Part shown: positions 28,398-38,490 of the stretch, in pieces
How the letters are laid out: the number at the start of each line of letters is the position of its first letter
Numbering within the stretch: the stretch's first letter is position 1
NCBI GenBank assembly: GCA_040882375.1
Contig: JBBEBK010000008.1
Location: forward strand, 1 to 46,895
Direction of reading: 5' to 3'
Source: Chloroflexota bacterium
GTDB lineage: Bacteria > Chloroflexota > Limnocylindria > QHBO01
DNA: 46,895 bases
Translations under genes and position numbers: made by a program
Notes under the pieces: model-generated
What the model saw: the letters and a program-made list of their open reading frames with translations, nothing else
What the model was told of the DNA's origin: nothing
Databases searched by the model: none

Positions 28398-29351
28398 TCA
28401 GCCGATCTCCGGCTCGGCCACCGGCCGGCGTCGGGGTTCGCCGCGGAAGCGCAGGGTGGCGAGCAGCAGGCCGACCAGGATCGTCCCGGCGCCCATCAGC
28501 TGTATTGCGGACGGGCGCTCGCTCAGCAGCACCATCGCCAGCAGGACCGATCCGACCGGCTGCAGCGTGAGGAGCACGCTGGTGAGTGCCGATGGCAACC
28601 GCGGCAGCGAAACGCTGATCAGCAGCCAGCCGACCACCTGCGACGAGATGGCCAGCGCCAGCAGCCAGCCGTGCGCCGGCCACGAGGGCAGCAGGTTCAC
28701 CTCGCCGAGCGGCAGGCCGATCGCCAGCGAGGCGACCGCACCCACCAGCGTGGCGTCGAAGAGCGGCCCGGCCGGACGGCGCAGATCGGCGTTCCCGCGG
28801 CGCAGCACCATCAGGAACCCGGCGTAGGCGAGGCCGGTGAAGAGGCCGAGCAGGACGCCGAGGCCGGGATTGGCGCCATAGGCTCCGGTGCCGATCACCC
28901 CCGAGATGAGGACCACGCCGCCGAGGACGACCGGCAGTGCCAGCAGGGTGCGTCGCGGTGGCCGCTCGCCGAGGAGCAGCCACGCCAGCACCGCCACGAT
29001 CACCACCTGGGTGTTGCCGAGTACGGTGGCAAGGCCGGCTCCGACCAGGCCGATGGTGTGATGCCAGACCACCAGGTCGAGCGCGAACAAGACTCCGGCC
29101 AGCATCGCCAGCCGCACCTGCGCGGCGGGCCGCGGCCCATAGGCGCGACGCTCGGCCAGCGCAATCAGCCCCAGGGCGGGGAGCGCGTAGACGCAGCGGA
29201 AGATCGCCGCGGTGGCCGGCTCCACGTCCGCGAGACGCACCAGGACACCGGAAAAGGCGATCGACATGGCTCCCAGCACGGCGGCCAGCACCGGCCGGTG
29301 AGCCAGCGCCGCGAACGGATTCCCGGTGCGCGCCCGGGCCGGTGCAGTCAT
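28398..29351 (-). CDS. EamA/DMT-family transporter
   Basis: 317 aa with about 10 TM segments and two EamA-like halves. The stop lies 11 nt upstream of the hutI start. Confidence 0.8.
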   Translation of the reverse strand: MTAPARARTGNPFAALAHRPVLAAVLGAMSIAFSGVLVRLADVEPATAAIFRCVYALPALGLIALAERRAYGPRPAAQVRLAMLAGVLFALDLVVWHHTIGLVGAGLATVLGNTQVVIVAVLAWLLLGERPPRRTLLALPVVLGGVVLISGVIGTGAYGANPGLGVLLGLFTGLAYAGFLMVLRRGNADLRRPAGPLFDATLVGAVASLAIGLPLGEVNLLPSWPAHGWLLALAISSQVVGWLLISVSLPRLPSALTSVLLTLQPVGSVLLAMVLLSERPSAIQLMGAGTILVGLLLATLRFRGEPRRRPVAEPEIG

Positions 29352-29426
29352 GGGCGCAGCCTAGCCGAGCGAACCTGTCGCTGGAGGGCTTGCCCTCGAC
29401 GGCGCGCGGCGCGACACTTGCGCGAC

Positions 29427-32048
29427 ATGTCCGAGCTTCCCACCGGGACCATCACCTTCCTCTTTTCCGACATCGAGGGTTCGACGCGCCTGGCACAGGC
29501 CCTGGACGCAGCGTGGCCGCCGCTGCTGGAGCGACACCAGGAGATCGCCCGCGCCGTTTGGAGCGCCCACGGCGGCACGGAGGTGGGCACCGACGGAGAC
29601 TCGTTCTTCGTCGTCTTCAGCATGGCCAGCCAGGCGGTGGCCGCCGCGGCCGACGTTCAGCGGGCCCTGGCCAGCGAGCCGTGGCCCGCCGGCTCGGAGA
29701 TCCGGGTCCGCATCGGCCTGCATACCGGGGCGGGTCTGCTCAGCGGCGGCACCTACGTCGGTCTTGATGTTCATCGGGCGGCTCGCGTTTCGGCGGCCGG
29801 CAACGGCGGCCAGGTGTTGCTCACCGAAGCGACCCATGCGCTGCTGGGCGGCAGCTTCCCACCGGACACCTCGCTGAAGGACCACGGCGAGCACAAGCTG
29901 AAGGACCTCTCGCGGGCCGAACGAATCTGGGAGCTGTCGATCGGTGGGCTCCGCACGGACCTTCCACCCCTGCGCACGCTCAACGCCATCCCCAACAATC
30001 TGCCCACCCAGCTCACCTCGTTCCTGGGCCGGCAGCGGGAGCTGGCCGAAGCGCAGCGGCTGCTGACCGAGGGTCGTCTGCTCACCCTCACCGGCCCGGG
30101 TGGCACCGGCAAGACCCGTCTCTCCCTGCAGATCGCCGCAGACTCCACCGATCGATTCCCGGACGGGGTCTACTACGTTCCGCTCGGTCAGATCGCGATG
30201 TCCGAGTTGGTGATCCCCACCATCGCGCAGGCGGTGGGGGTGGTGGATCCGGGTTCCCGCCCGCTCGATCGGCTGGTCGAGCAGATCGGCGAGAAGTGCG
30301 TGCTGCTGGTGCTCGACAACTTCGAGCAGGTGATCGACGCCGCGGCGCAGGTAAACGAACTTCTGGCGCGCGCGCCGAAGACATCGGTCCTGATCACCAG
30401 CCGCAGCCCGCTGCGGGTCTACGGCGAGCGCGAGTACCCGGTCCCCCCGCTCGGCGTGCCGGACCCCAAGCACCTGCCCAGCCTTGCGGGCCTGAGCCAG
30501 TTCGAGTCGGTCGCCCTGTTCATCGAGCGCGCCATGGCCGTTCGGCCGGACTTCGCGGTGAACAGTGGCAACGCGCCGGCGGTGGCGGAGATCTGTGCCC
30601 GACTGGATGGGCTGCCGCTGGCCATCGAGCTGGCCGCGGCCCGCATTCGCCTGCTCAGCCCGCAGGCGATCATGGATCGACTCGGGGATCGGATGGGTCT
30701 GCTATCGAGCGGCTCTCGCGACCTGCCGCAGCGCCAGCAGACGTTGCGCGGCGCGATCGCGTGGAGCCACGATCTGCTCGACGAGGTCGACCGGCGCGTC
30801 TTTGCCAGGATTTCGGTGTTCGCCGGCGGTGCCACGCTGGACGCCGCGCAGATGGTCCTGTTTGATGCGGGCGAGCCCGGCGACGCGCTCGACGCGATCG
30901 GCTCGCTGGTCGACAAGAGCCTGATCCGCCAGGAGACGCAGGCCGATGGTGAGCCTCGCTTCCGCATGCTCGAGACGATCCGCGAATTCGCCCTCGAACA
31001 GCTGGTGGCCCGCGGCGAGGAGGAAGCGCTCCGCGAACGTCATGCAGCCTGCGTGCTCGGCTTTGCCGAGCGGGCCGGGGCCGAGGTCTTCGGGTCCGAT
31101 CAGGCCACCTGGCTCGACCGATTCGAGGCGGAGCACGACAACATCAGGGCGGCGATGTCCTGGGCGCTGGCGCGCGACCGCGCCGCGACGGCGATGCCCC
31201 TACTGGTGGCCTGTTGGCGCTTCTGGCAGATGCGCGGCTACCTGCAAGAAGCGCGCGAGCGGGCCAACCAGGTCCTCGAACTGCCGAGCGCCGCTGAGCA
31301 TCCTGACGCGCGCGCGGCGGCGCTCGAGGCGGCCGGTGGGATCGCCTACTGGCAGGCCGATCTGGAGGCGGCGCGACGCTGGTACCAGGAAGGGCTCGAC
31401 CTGGCGCGCGCCAGTGGCGATGACCGACGCATCGCCAACGCGCTCTACAACCTGTCGTTCGCCTTTGCCCTGACCCGGGAGGACCAGGCGGGAGCCAGGG
31501 GTGCGGCCAAGGAGGTCCTGGAGATTGCCCGGCGGCTCGGCGACGATGCGCTGGCGGCGCGCTCGCTGTGGGCGCTGGCCAACACCATCTACTTCTTCGG
31601 CGAGACCGAGGGGATGATGGAAGCCACCGACGAGGCGCTTGCCATCTTCCGCCGCCTCGGGGAGCAGTACATGGTGGGCTGGACACTCTACTCGGTGGCC
31701 CTCGGGACGATGACGACCGATCCGGCGCGCGCCCATGCTGCGATGGCGGAGGGGCTGGATATCTTCCGCGCGGCGAACGACGTCTCCGCCTATGGGCTCA
31801 TGTTCGATGTCTGGGCGTCCCTGTACTGGAACCTCAAAGATCCTCACCGGGCGATGATCCTGGCCGGCTTTGCCGAAGCGATCGAGCGGCGAGCCGGCGG
31901 CGGCCTTGCCGCCATCAACCGCAGTCTGCTCGGCTTCGACACCGTCGAACTGCTGAAGGATCCCGCCCTGGCGGCAGCCTATGCCGAGGGGAGCCGAATG
32001 GACGTGGAGCAGGCGGCCGAGGTGGCGCTGACCGGCGCCCAGAGTTAG
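29427..32048 (+). CDS. class III adenylate/guanylate cyclase domain fused to a STAND (NB-ARC/AAA-like) ATPase and TPR repeats
   Basis: ATG 29427 lies within track ORF 28671-32048. The cyclase domain reads GTITFLFSDIEGSTRL...GDSFFVVF...VRIGLHTGAG...GLDVHRAARV. A Walker A (LTLTGPGGTGKTRL) and Walker B (LLVLDNFEQV) follow, then a C-terminal array of TPR-like helices (IANALYNLSF, LWALANTIYF, GWTLYSVALG). No HTH domain seen. Confidence 0.85.
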   Translation: MSELPTGTITFLFSDIEGSTRLAQALDAAWPPLLERHQEIARAVWSAHGGTEVGTDGDSFFVVFSMASQAVAAAADVQRALASEPWPAGSEIRVRIGLHTGAGLLSGGTYVGLDVHRAARVSAAGNGGQVLLTEATHALLGGSFPPDTSLKDHGEHKLKDLSRAERIWELSIGGLRTDLPPLRTLNAIPNNLPTQLTSFLGRQRELAEAQRLLTEGRLLTLTGPGGTGKTRLSLQIAADSTDRFPDGVYYVPLGQIAMSELVIPTIAQAVGVVDPGSRPLDRLVEQIGEKCVLLVLDNFEQVIDAAAQVNELLARAPKTSVLITSRSPLRVYGEREYPVPPLGVPDPKHLPSLAGLSQFESVALFIERAMAVRPDFAVNSGNAPAVAEICARLDGLPLAIELAAARIRLLSPQAIMDRLGDRMGLLSSGSRDLPQRQQTLRGAIAWSHDLLDEVDRRVFARISVFAGGATLDAAQMVLFDAGEPGDALDAIGSLVDKSLIRQETQADGEPRFRMLETIREFALEQLVARGEEEALRERHAACVLGFAERAGAEVFGSDQATWLDRFEAEHDNIRAAMSWALARDRAATAMPLLVACWRFWQMRGYLQEARERANQVLELPSAAEHPDARAAALEAAGGIAYWQADLEAARRWYQEGLDLARASGDDRRIANALYNLSFAFALTREDQAGARGAAKEVLEIARRLGDDALAARSLWALANTIYFFGETEGMMEATDEALAIFRRLGEQYMVGWTLYSVALGTMTTDPARAHAAMAEGLDIFRAANDVSAYGLMFDVWASLYWNLKDPHRAMILAGFAEAIERRAGGGLAAINRSLLGFDTVELLKDPALAAAYAEGSRMDVEQAAEVALTGAQS

Positions 32049-32848
32049 CTCGGGGCGGCCAGATCCCTTCGCGGGAAGACGATCAGTGCGTACGCCACCG
32101 GCACCACGATTGCCGCAGCCAGCAGCCCGAAGTCGAACAGGTCCACCGTCCCGGTGAGGATGCTCCCGGGCTGGAAGTGGTGGAAGAGCGAGTACTGCTG
32201 GGTCCAGTCGACGTCGCGCCACAGGGAGCCCAGGATCTCCAGGAAGTAGTTGACCAGCAGGTAGGCCATCGTCACACCCAGCGCCGGCGAGTGGCGGTCG
32301 AAGGTCACCGATGCGGCCAGCCCGAAGGCGGCGAATGCCCCCCACATGAGCAGGCCGTTCACGAAGACGAGCGGTACCTGGACCAGGTCGAGCTCGCCAC
32401 TCAGACCCTGCGCGACGACCCCGGCCACCTGCCCGGCAAGGAGCGCAAGGATGACCAGCGAGATGAGGATCGTCACGGCCGCCGCCACCGTCAGGTAGAT
32501 GGTGCGGCGCGAGAGTGGCCGCGCCAGCAGTACCTCCAGCGTCCCGCGCTCGCGCTCGCCCGCGATCGCCGCCACCGTGGATCCGACCGCGAAGACGCCC
32601 ACGAACGCGATCGTCATCGGATGCTGGAGGCCCAGGGTGAGCGCGCCCGGCAGCGTGAAGAGGCTGCCCGAGCCGAAGTTCATCAGCTCGGCGGGGATCA
32701 CTCCCGAATCGACGAGGCCCTTGAAGGCGTCGCCGAAGGCCACGTAGATGACCGGCATCAGCATGCCCCAGCCGAACGAGACGGCCATCAGGGTGAGCAG
32801 CCTGACACGGTTCCAGCGCAGGGTCTGAACCAGCAGGCGGAGATTCAT
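32045..32848 (-). CDS. ABC-2-type exporter permease
   Basis: 267 aa with six hydrophobic segments. A 4-nt overlap links it to the upstream ATPase gene. Confidence 0.75.
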   Translation of the reverse strand: MNLRLLVQTLRWNRVRLLTLMAVSFGWGMLMPVIYVAFGDAFKGLVDSGVIPAELMNFGSGSLFTLPGALTLGLQHPMTIAFVGVFAVGSTVAAIAGERERGTLEVLLARPLSRRTIYLTVAAAVTILISLVILALLAGQVAGVVAQGLSGELDLVQVPLVFVNGLLMWGAFAAFGLAASVTFDRHSPALGVTMAYLLVNYFLEILGSLWRDVDWTQQYSLFHHFQPGSILTGTVDLFDFGLLAAAIVVPVAYALIVFPRRDLAAPS

Positions 32849-33771
32849 TCGCGCACCTCCTCGCTGACGTCGTCACCGGCGTAGTACTCCAGGAACGCCT
32901 CCTCGAGGCGGGCCGGCTCAATGGTCAGATCGACGAGCGACGGCGACGCGATGGCGCGCACGAAGCCCGATACATCCCCGAGCAGGGTGGCGGTCATCCG
33001 GTCCCCATCGGTCTCGACGTCGGCGAGGCCGGGGACGCTCGACAGCTCGGGCGCAACGCCGCGCCAGCGCAGGCTCACCCTGCGCTTGCGCCGGGCGAGC
33101 AGGTCGTCCACGTTGTGGAGCGCCATCAGGTGGCCCGCGCGGATGATCGCCACGCGGTCGCAGATGCGCTCAACCTCGGGCAGGACGTGGCTGGAGAAGA
33201 AGGTCGTCCGACCCTGGTCGCGCAGGTCGTCCATCAGCGAATAGAACGCCTGCTGCATCAACGGGTCGAGTCCCTCGGTCGGCTCGTCGAGGATGGCAAG
33301 CTCCGGGTCGTGTTGCAGCGCCTGGATCACGCCGATCTTCTGGCGCATCCCGCGCGAGTAGTCGCGCACCTTGCGCCGCAGGACAGACGGGGGCATCTGC
33401 AGCCGCTCGCAGAGCTCGTCGCGTCGCACGGCGGGTGTCCCCTGTAGATCGTTCAGGTAGTCGAGCGCCGCCGCCCCGCTCAGCGAGTCGTACAGCGCGA
33501 TTCCGCCCGGCAGGTAGCCGGTCCGTCGCCGGATCTCCACTGAGTCGTCGACGATGTCGAGCCCCAGCACACTGGCGGAGCCGCCGGTCGGATGGAGGAA
33601 GCCCAGCAGGGTGCGGATCATGGTCGACTTGCCCGATCCGTTGGGGCCGAGGAAGCCGAAGATCTCGCCGGGGCGGACGTCGAGCGAGAGGTCGACCAGC
33701 GCCTGCACCTTGCCGTAGTGCTTCGTCAGGCCGGTGGTGTGGATCACGGCCGCCGGCTGCTGGTCTTCCAT
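32845..33771 (-). CDS. ABC transporter ATP-binding protein
   Basis: Start at ATG 33771 (MEDQQPAAVIHTTGLTKHYG). Walker A GPNGSGKST, signature YSRGMRQK and Walker B LAILDEPTEGLD. The long N-terminal extension in the track is antisense to pntAA and is rejected. Confidence 0.9.
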   Translation of the reverse strand: MEDQQPAAVIHTTGLTKHYGKVQALVDLSLDVRPGEIFGFLGPNGSGKSTMIRTLLGFLHPTGGSASVLGLDIVDDSVEIRRRTGYLPGGIALYDSLSGAAALDYLNDLQGTPAVRRDELCERLQMPPSVLRRKVRDYSRGMRQKIGVIQALQHDPELAILDEPTEGLDPLMQQAFYSLMDDLRDQGRTTFFSSHVLPEVERICDRVAIIRAGHLMALHNVDDLLARRKRRVSLRWRGVAPELSSVPGLADVETDGDRMTATLLGDVSGFVRAIASPSLVDLTIEPARLEEAFLEYYAGDDVSEEVRE

Positions 33772-33921
33772 CACGGGCAATCTACTACGCTCGTCCGGAC
33801 GTGGCCCAGCGCTCGACGCGCAAGCCCAGCTCAATGCGCGCCCTCTGCTACACTTTGCCCCCGAACCGCCTCGCGCCGACCGCTGCGGCGGTTCTGCCGT
33901 GTAAGCCCACAGGAACACCTC

Positions 33922-35103
33922 ATGAAGATCGCTGTCCCACGCGAGACCGCGCCGGGTGAGACGCGGGTCGCGCTGACTCCCCAGGCCGCCACGGCACTGA
34001 TCGCCGATGGGGTCGAGATTGTCGTCCAGGCCGGTGCCGGCGAGGCATCCTCGATCCCCGATGCCGCCTTCACGGAGGCAGGTGCGACCATCGCCGCCGA
34101 CGCTGCCGCGCTCTACGGTCAGGCGGACCTGGTGCTGCGCGTCGGCCGTCCCACCGACGAGGAGATCGGGATGCTGCGTCGCGGCACGATCCTGATCGGG
34201 ACCCTGGGCACGCTCTCCAATCCGGAGCTTGCCCGGCGCCTGGCCGATGCCGGCGTCACCGCCATCAGCATGGATGCCATCCCACGCATCACCCGCGCCC
34301 AGAGCATGGACACGCTCTCCAGCCAGGCGACGGTGGCCGGCTACAAGGCGGTCCTGCTGGCGGCCGATCGGCTGCCCAAGTTCATGCCGCTGCTGACCAC
34401 CGCCGCGGGAACCGTGCGTCCGGCGCGCGGCATCATCATGGGCGCCGGCGTCGCCGGCCTGATGGCGATCGGCACCGCCCGCCGGCTCGGCGCGGTGGTC
34501 GAGGCGACCGACGTGCGGCCGGTCGTCAAGGAGCAGGTGCAGAGCCTTGGTGCCACCTTCATCGAGGTCGAGATGACCGACGAGGAGAAGGCGGGTGCCG
34601 AGACGGCGGGCGGATACGCCGGCGAGATGAGCGACGACTACAAGCGTCGCCAGGCCGAGCTGATCGCCGAGCGGGTCAAGGAGGCCGATTTCGTGATCAC
34701 CACCGCGCTGATCCCCGGGCGTCCGGCACCGCGCCTGATCACCGACGCGATGGTCGCCTCCATGAAGCCGGGGAGCGTCATCGTCGACATGGCCGCCGAG
34801 GCGGGAGGCAACGTCGAGGGGACCGTGGCGGGAGAAGAGGTGATCAGCCACGGGGTGCGGATCATCGGTCTGACGAACCTGCCGGCGATGATGCCCGGCA
34901 GCGCCACGCAGATGTACGCCAAGAACATCCAGACGCTGCTCAAACACCTGATCAAGGACGGAACGGTGACCCTCGACCTCACCGATGAGATCACCCGCGG
35001 CGCGACCATCACCCACGAGGGGAAGGTCGTCAGCGAGCCGGTGGCCAGGGCACTCGGCCTCGAAGTGCCGCCGCCAGCACCGACTGAAGGAGATGCCGCA
35101 TGA
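33922..35103 (+). CDS. pntAA: NAD(P) transhydrogenase subunit alpha part 1
   Basis: MKIAVPRETAPGETRVALTP, the AlaDH/PNT N-terminal and NAD-binding domains (IIMGAGVAGLMAIGTARRLGAVV). ATG 33922. Confidence 0.92.
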   Translation: MKIAVPRETAPGETRVALTPQAATALIADGVEIVVQAGAGEASSIPDAAFTEAGATIAADAAALYGQADLVLRVGRPTDEEIGMLRRGTILIGTLGTLSNPELARRLADAGVTAISMDAIPRITRAQSMDTLSSQATVAGYKAVLLAADRLPKFMPLLTTAAGTVRPARGIIMGAGVAGLMAIGTARRLGAVVEATDVRPVVKEQVQSLGATFIEVEMTDEEKAGAETAGGYAGEMSDDYKRRQAELIAERVKEADFVITTALIPGRPAPRLITDAMVASMKPGSVIVDMAAEAGGNVEGTVAGEEVISHGVRIIGLTNLPAMMPGSATQMYAKNIQTLLKHLIKDGTVTLDLTDEITRGATITHEGKVVSEPVARALGLEVPPPAPTEGDAA

Positions 35104-35411
35104 CCGAGGCGATCTCGGCCGAGGTCCTCCTCCAGGCCCTCTTCGTCTTCGTGCTGACCGCCTTCGTCGGGTACGAGGTGGTGAGCAAGGTTCCGACCAT
35201 GCTGCACACGCCGTTGATGTCGGGCGCCAACGCGGTGCACGGCGTGATCGTGGTCGGCGCCATGCTGGTCGCCGCCTCCGCGGAGGGGCCGCTGCGCATC
35301 GTGCTGGCGCTGCTGGGCGTGATCCTGGGCACGATCAACGTGGTCGGCGGCTTCGTCGTGACCGACCGGATGCTCGAGATGTTCAAGCGGCGACCCGGGG
35401 GCGAGTCATGA
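35100..35411 (+). CDS. pntAB: NAD(P) transhydrogenase subunit alpha part 2 (membrane)
   Basis: 103 aa with three TM helices and the motif TPLMSGANAVHG. A 4-nt overlap occurs on each side. Confidence 0.9.
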   Translation: MTEAISAEVLLQALFVFVLTAFVGYEVVSKVPTMLHTPLMSGANAVHGVIVVGAMLVAASAEGPLRIVLALLGVILGTINVVGGFVVTDRMLEMFKRRPGGES

Positions 35412-36823
35412 CCACTCTCGAGGTGCTCACCTTCCTCGTCTATCTGGTCGGATCGGTCACCTTCATCCTCGGCCTGAAGTTCCTCGCCTCGCCGACCAGC
35501 GCGCGGCGCGGTAACCGCCTGGCCGCCACCGGCATGGCGATCGTGGTGCTGTGGGTCTTCATCACCGAGTTCCTGCTGCGTGACGGTGGCTTCTCCACGG
35601 TCTGGATCCTGGCCGTCGGAATCCCGATCGGTTCGGTGGCCGGTGTGGTCGGCGCGCGGCGCGTGCCGATGACCGCCATGCCGCAGATGGTCGCCATCTT
35701 CAACGGCGCCGGTGGCGGCGCGGCGGCGCTGGTCGCCGCGGCCGAGTTCCTGCACTTCGCTGGCGGCGGCGGCGAGCTGCTGTCGGTCCCATTCATGGTT
35801 GCCACGCTGCTCGGCGCGGTCATCGGCTCGGTCTCCTTCACCGGCTCGATCATCGCCTTCGGCAAGCTGCAGGGGATCGTCTCGGGGCGCCCCGTCACCT
35901 ATCCGGGCGACAAGGTGGTCACCGGGCTGCTGGTCGCCGGCATCCTGGTGCTCGGCGTCGCGCTCACCCTGGTGACCAACGACGTCACCCCGTTCCTCGT
36001 CTTTGTGGCGCTGGCCCTGGTGCTGGGCGTGGCGGCGGTGATGCCGATCGGTGGAGCCGATATGCCGGTTGTGGTCAGCCTGCTTAACAGCTACACCGGC
36101 ATCGCGGTGGCGGCCACCGGCTTCGTGCTGGGCAACTACGCGCTCCTGGTCGCCGGCACGCTGGTCGGGGCCTCCGGTGGAATCCTCACCCAGCTGATGT
36201 GCCGTGCCATGAACCGGTCGCTCTTCAACGTCCTGTTCGGTGCGTTCGGGACCGCTGGCGGGTCGGTGGCCGCCGGCGCGGACGGCGAACAGACGGTACG
36301 CGAGATCAGTGCCGATGACGCGGCCGTGCTGATGGCGTACGGCAAGAAGGTGATCATCGTGCCTGGCTATGGGATGGCCGTGGCGCAGGCCCAGGAGCCG
36401 GTCCGCGAGCTGATGGACCTGCTGGTTGCTCGGGGGGTGGATGTCGAATTCGCCATCCACCCGGTGGCGGGGCGCATGCCCGGGCACATGAACGTGCTTT
36501 TGGCCGAGGCAAACGTCCCGTACGAGCGCCTCAAGGAGATGGACGAGATCAACGACGATTTCGCGAACGCCGATGTGGCGCTGGTGATCGGCGCCAACGA
36601 CGTCACCAATCCCGCCGCGCGGACCGACCAGAGCTCACCGATCTACGGGATGCCGATCCTCAACGTGGACCATGCGCACAACGTGGTGGTGCTCAAGCGA
36701 TCGATGGCGGCAGGGTTCGCCGGCATCGCCAACCCGCTCTACTCCGACCCCAGGACCGCCATGCTCTTCGGCGATGCCAAGAAATCGGTCCAGGCGCTGG
36801 TCTCCGGGGTCAAGCAGGCCTAA
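35408..36823 (+). CDS. pntB: NAD(P) transhydrogenase subunit beta
   Basis: ATG 35408. An N-terminal multi-TM domain is followed by the C-terminal NADP(H) domain VPGYGMAVAQAQ...HPVAGRMPGHMNVLLAEA...VIGANDVTNPAA. Confidence 0.92.
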   Translation: MTTLEVLTFLVYLVGSVTFILGLKFLASPTSARRGNRLAATGMAIVVLWVFITEFLLRDGGFSTVWILAVGIPIGSVAGVVGARRVPMTAMPQMVAIFNGAGGGAAALVAAAEFLHFAGGGGELLSVPFMVATLLGAVIGSVSFTGSIIAFGKLQGIVSGRPVTYPGDKVVTGLLVAGILVLGVALTLVTNDVTPFLVFVALALVLGVAAVMPIGGADMPVVVSLLNSYTGIAVAATGFVLGNYALLVAGTLVGASGGILTQLMCRAMNRSLFNVLFGAFGTAGGSVAAGADGEQTVREISADDAAVLMAYGKKVIIVPGYGMAVAQAQEPVRELMDLLVARGVDVEFAIHPVAGRMPGHMNVLLAEANVPYERLKEMDEINDDFANADVALVIGANDVTNPAARTDQSSPIYGMPILNVDHAHNVVVLKRSMAAGFAGIANPLYSDPRTAMLFGDAKKSVQALVSGVKQA

Positions 36824-38490
36824 CTCCCCTGGTCGCCGCGGCGCAGGATCGCGGCGATCTCCTGGTCGCTCACGCCGTAGCGTCGCAGCGCGTGGCGCAC
36901 CAGCTCGTGCCCGAGTTCACGCTCGGCGGTAACGATGCGCGCTGCTCCCAGGCGCCGCAGCTCCACCTCGTCCTGCACGGAGTGCGCCCGCACCACGACG
37001 TGGAGGTTTGGGTTGCTCCGCAGCGCGTACTCGATCGCCTGTCGGGCGGCCAGCGCATCGGGCACGGTGACCACCATCGTCCCGGCGTCGGCCACCCGCA
37101 GCGCGTCGAGGACCGATGGCGTGCCGGCGTCCCCGTACACCAGCGGCGCTCCGGCGGTGGTCGCGGCATGGACCATGGCGTAGTCGGCATCGGCCGCCAC
37201 CCACGGAAAGCCCCTCCCTTCCAGGACGCGCGCCACGGCCTTGCCGACATGTCCGTAGCCGAGGATCACCACGTGGCGCCGCATGCCCGCGGCGGGCTCG
37301 GTCGGTCCGGGCAGTGGTGGGACAGGGAAGCGCAGCTCAAGGCGATCGCCGAGCCGTGCGGAGAGGCCTGCCACCGGAGCCGCGATGACGACCGTGGCCA
37401 CGATGGCGCCCATCGCCTGGCTGAAGGTGTCCTGGCCGAGCGCGCCGAGCTGCAGACCGACCGTCGCGAGCACGAAGCTGAACTCGCCGCCCTGGGCCAC
37501 CAGGCCGGCGGCGCGCAGGGCGGTCCGCGGACGCTGGCGCCCCGCGAGCGAGATGGCGGCCACCGCGACGCCCTTGCCCACCACGATCAGGGCGATCAGC
37601 AGCAGCACCGTCGGCCACCCGGCGATGACGGCGGCGGGCTCGAGCAGGATGCCGATCGAGACGAAGAAGATCGTGGCGAACAGCTCGCGCAGGGGGACCA
37701 CCTCCCCGAGCACGCTGGCCGCCAGGTCCGACTCTGCCAGGGCCATGCCAGCCACGAAGGCGCCCAGCGCAACCGCCACGCCGAATTGGGCCGCGAGCGT
37801 GGCCGTACCGATGGCCAGCACCGCCACGGCCACCACGAACAACTCGCGCGATCCGAGCTGCGCGATCCGCGACAGGATGCCCGGGAGGACGCGTGAGCCG
37901 ACGACCAACACGGCCGCCACGACGGCGAGCGCCACAACCATGGCCCACACTGCCTTCAGGGCCGGCTCCTCGCCGCGTCCGGCCAGTGCGCCCAGGACCA
38001 CCACCAGGACGACGGTGAGCAGGTCCTGCATGATCGACCAGGCCAGCGCCAGCTTGCCGTGGGCCGTCGTCTCGAGGCTCGTCTCTCCGGCCACCTTCAC
38101 CAGCACGACCGAGGAGCTGACGCTGGCGATCGCCCCCAGGAAGAGCGACTCGAGCACCGGTCTGCCGATCGAGAAGGCTATGCCTGCGCCGAGCGCAATC
38201 GAAAAGGCGACCTGGAGGGGGGCGCCGATCAGCACCAGGCGCCCCACCGACTGCAGCTTGGCGAGCGAGAAACGCACGCCGATGCTGAACATGAGCAGCG
38301 CCACGCCGATATCGGCCAGTGCCAGCACCTCGTCCCGGTCGGCCACGAAGCCCGGCGAGAAGGGGCCGACCACCAGCCCGGCGGCGATGTAGCCGATCAT
38401 CGGCGCCATCCGCAACCGATGCGCCACGGCGCCCAGCAGCAGCGCGACACCGAGCGCCGCGAGGAAGGTCAGGCCGAGGCCGCCGGTCAT
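36820..38490 (-). CDS. Kef-type CPA2 cation:proton antiporter with C-terminal TrkA-N/TrkA-C (RCK) domains
   Basis: Start at ATG 38490 (MTGGLGLTFLAALG). The Na_H exchanger membrane domain is followed by VVILGYGHVGKAVARVLEGRG (RCK Rossmann) and a TrkA-C-like tail. Confidence 0.85.
   Translation of the reverse strand: MTGGLGLTFLAALGVALLLGAVAHRLRMAPMIGYIAAGLVVGPFSPGFVADRDEVLALADIGVALLMFSIGVRFSLAKLQSVGRLVLIGAPLQVAFSIALGAGIAFSIGRPVLESLFLGAIASVSSSVVLVKVAGETSLETTAHGKLALAWSIMQDLLTVVLVVVLGALAGRGEEPALKAVWAMVVALAVVAAVLVVGSRVLPGILSRIAQLGSRELFVVAVAVLAIGTATLAAQFGVAVALGAFVAGMALAESDLAASVLGEVVPLRELFATIFFVSIGILLEPAAVIAGWPTVLLLIALIVVGKGVAVAAISLAGRQRPRTALRAAGLVAQGGEFSFVLATVGLQLGALGQDTFSQAMGAIVATVVIAAPVAGLSARLGDRLELRFPVPPLPGPTEPAAGMRRHVVILGYGHVGKAVARVLEGRGFPWVAADADYAMVHAATTAGAPLVYGDAGTPSVLDALRVADAGTMVVTVPDALAARQAIEYALRSNPNLHVVVRAHSVQDEVELRRLGAARIVTAERELGHELVRHALRRYGVSDQEIAAILRRGDQGS

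Noticed and set aside
28671-29426. 252-codon N-terminal extension of the cyclase ORF, with similar extensions of the ABC ATPase ORF to 35016, the SBP ORF to 15499 and the hutI ORF to 28983
   Set aside because: The extensions run antisense through neighbouring genes or unassigned sequence upstream and are R/P/G-rich. Internal ATGs with SD sequences give proteins that begin exactly where family homology begins.
23952-32048. Reading the cyclase plus the cNMP-binding Crp protein as a Pycsar/CBASS-like defence pair
   Set aside because: The two genes are about 5 kb apart and separated by seven unrelated genes. The Crp protein has an ordinary HTH output rather than a toxic effector. The cyclase is embedded in a large STAND protein rather than being a stand-alone PycC-type enzyme.
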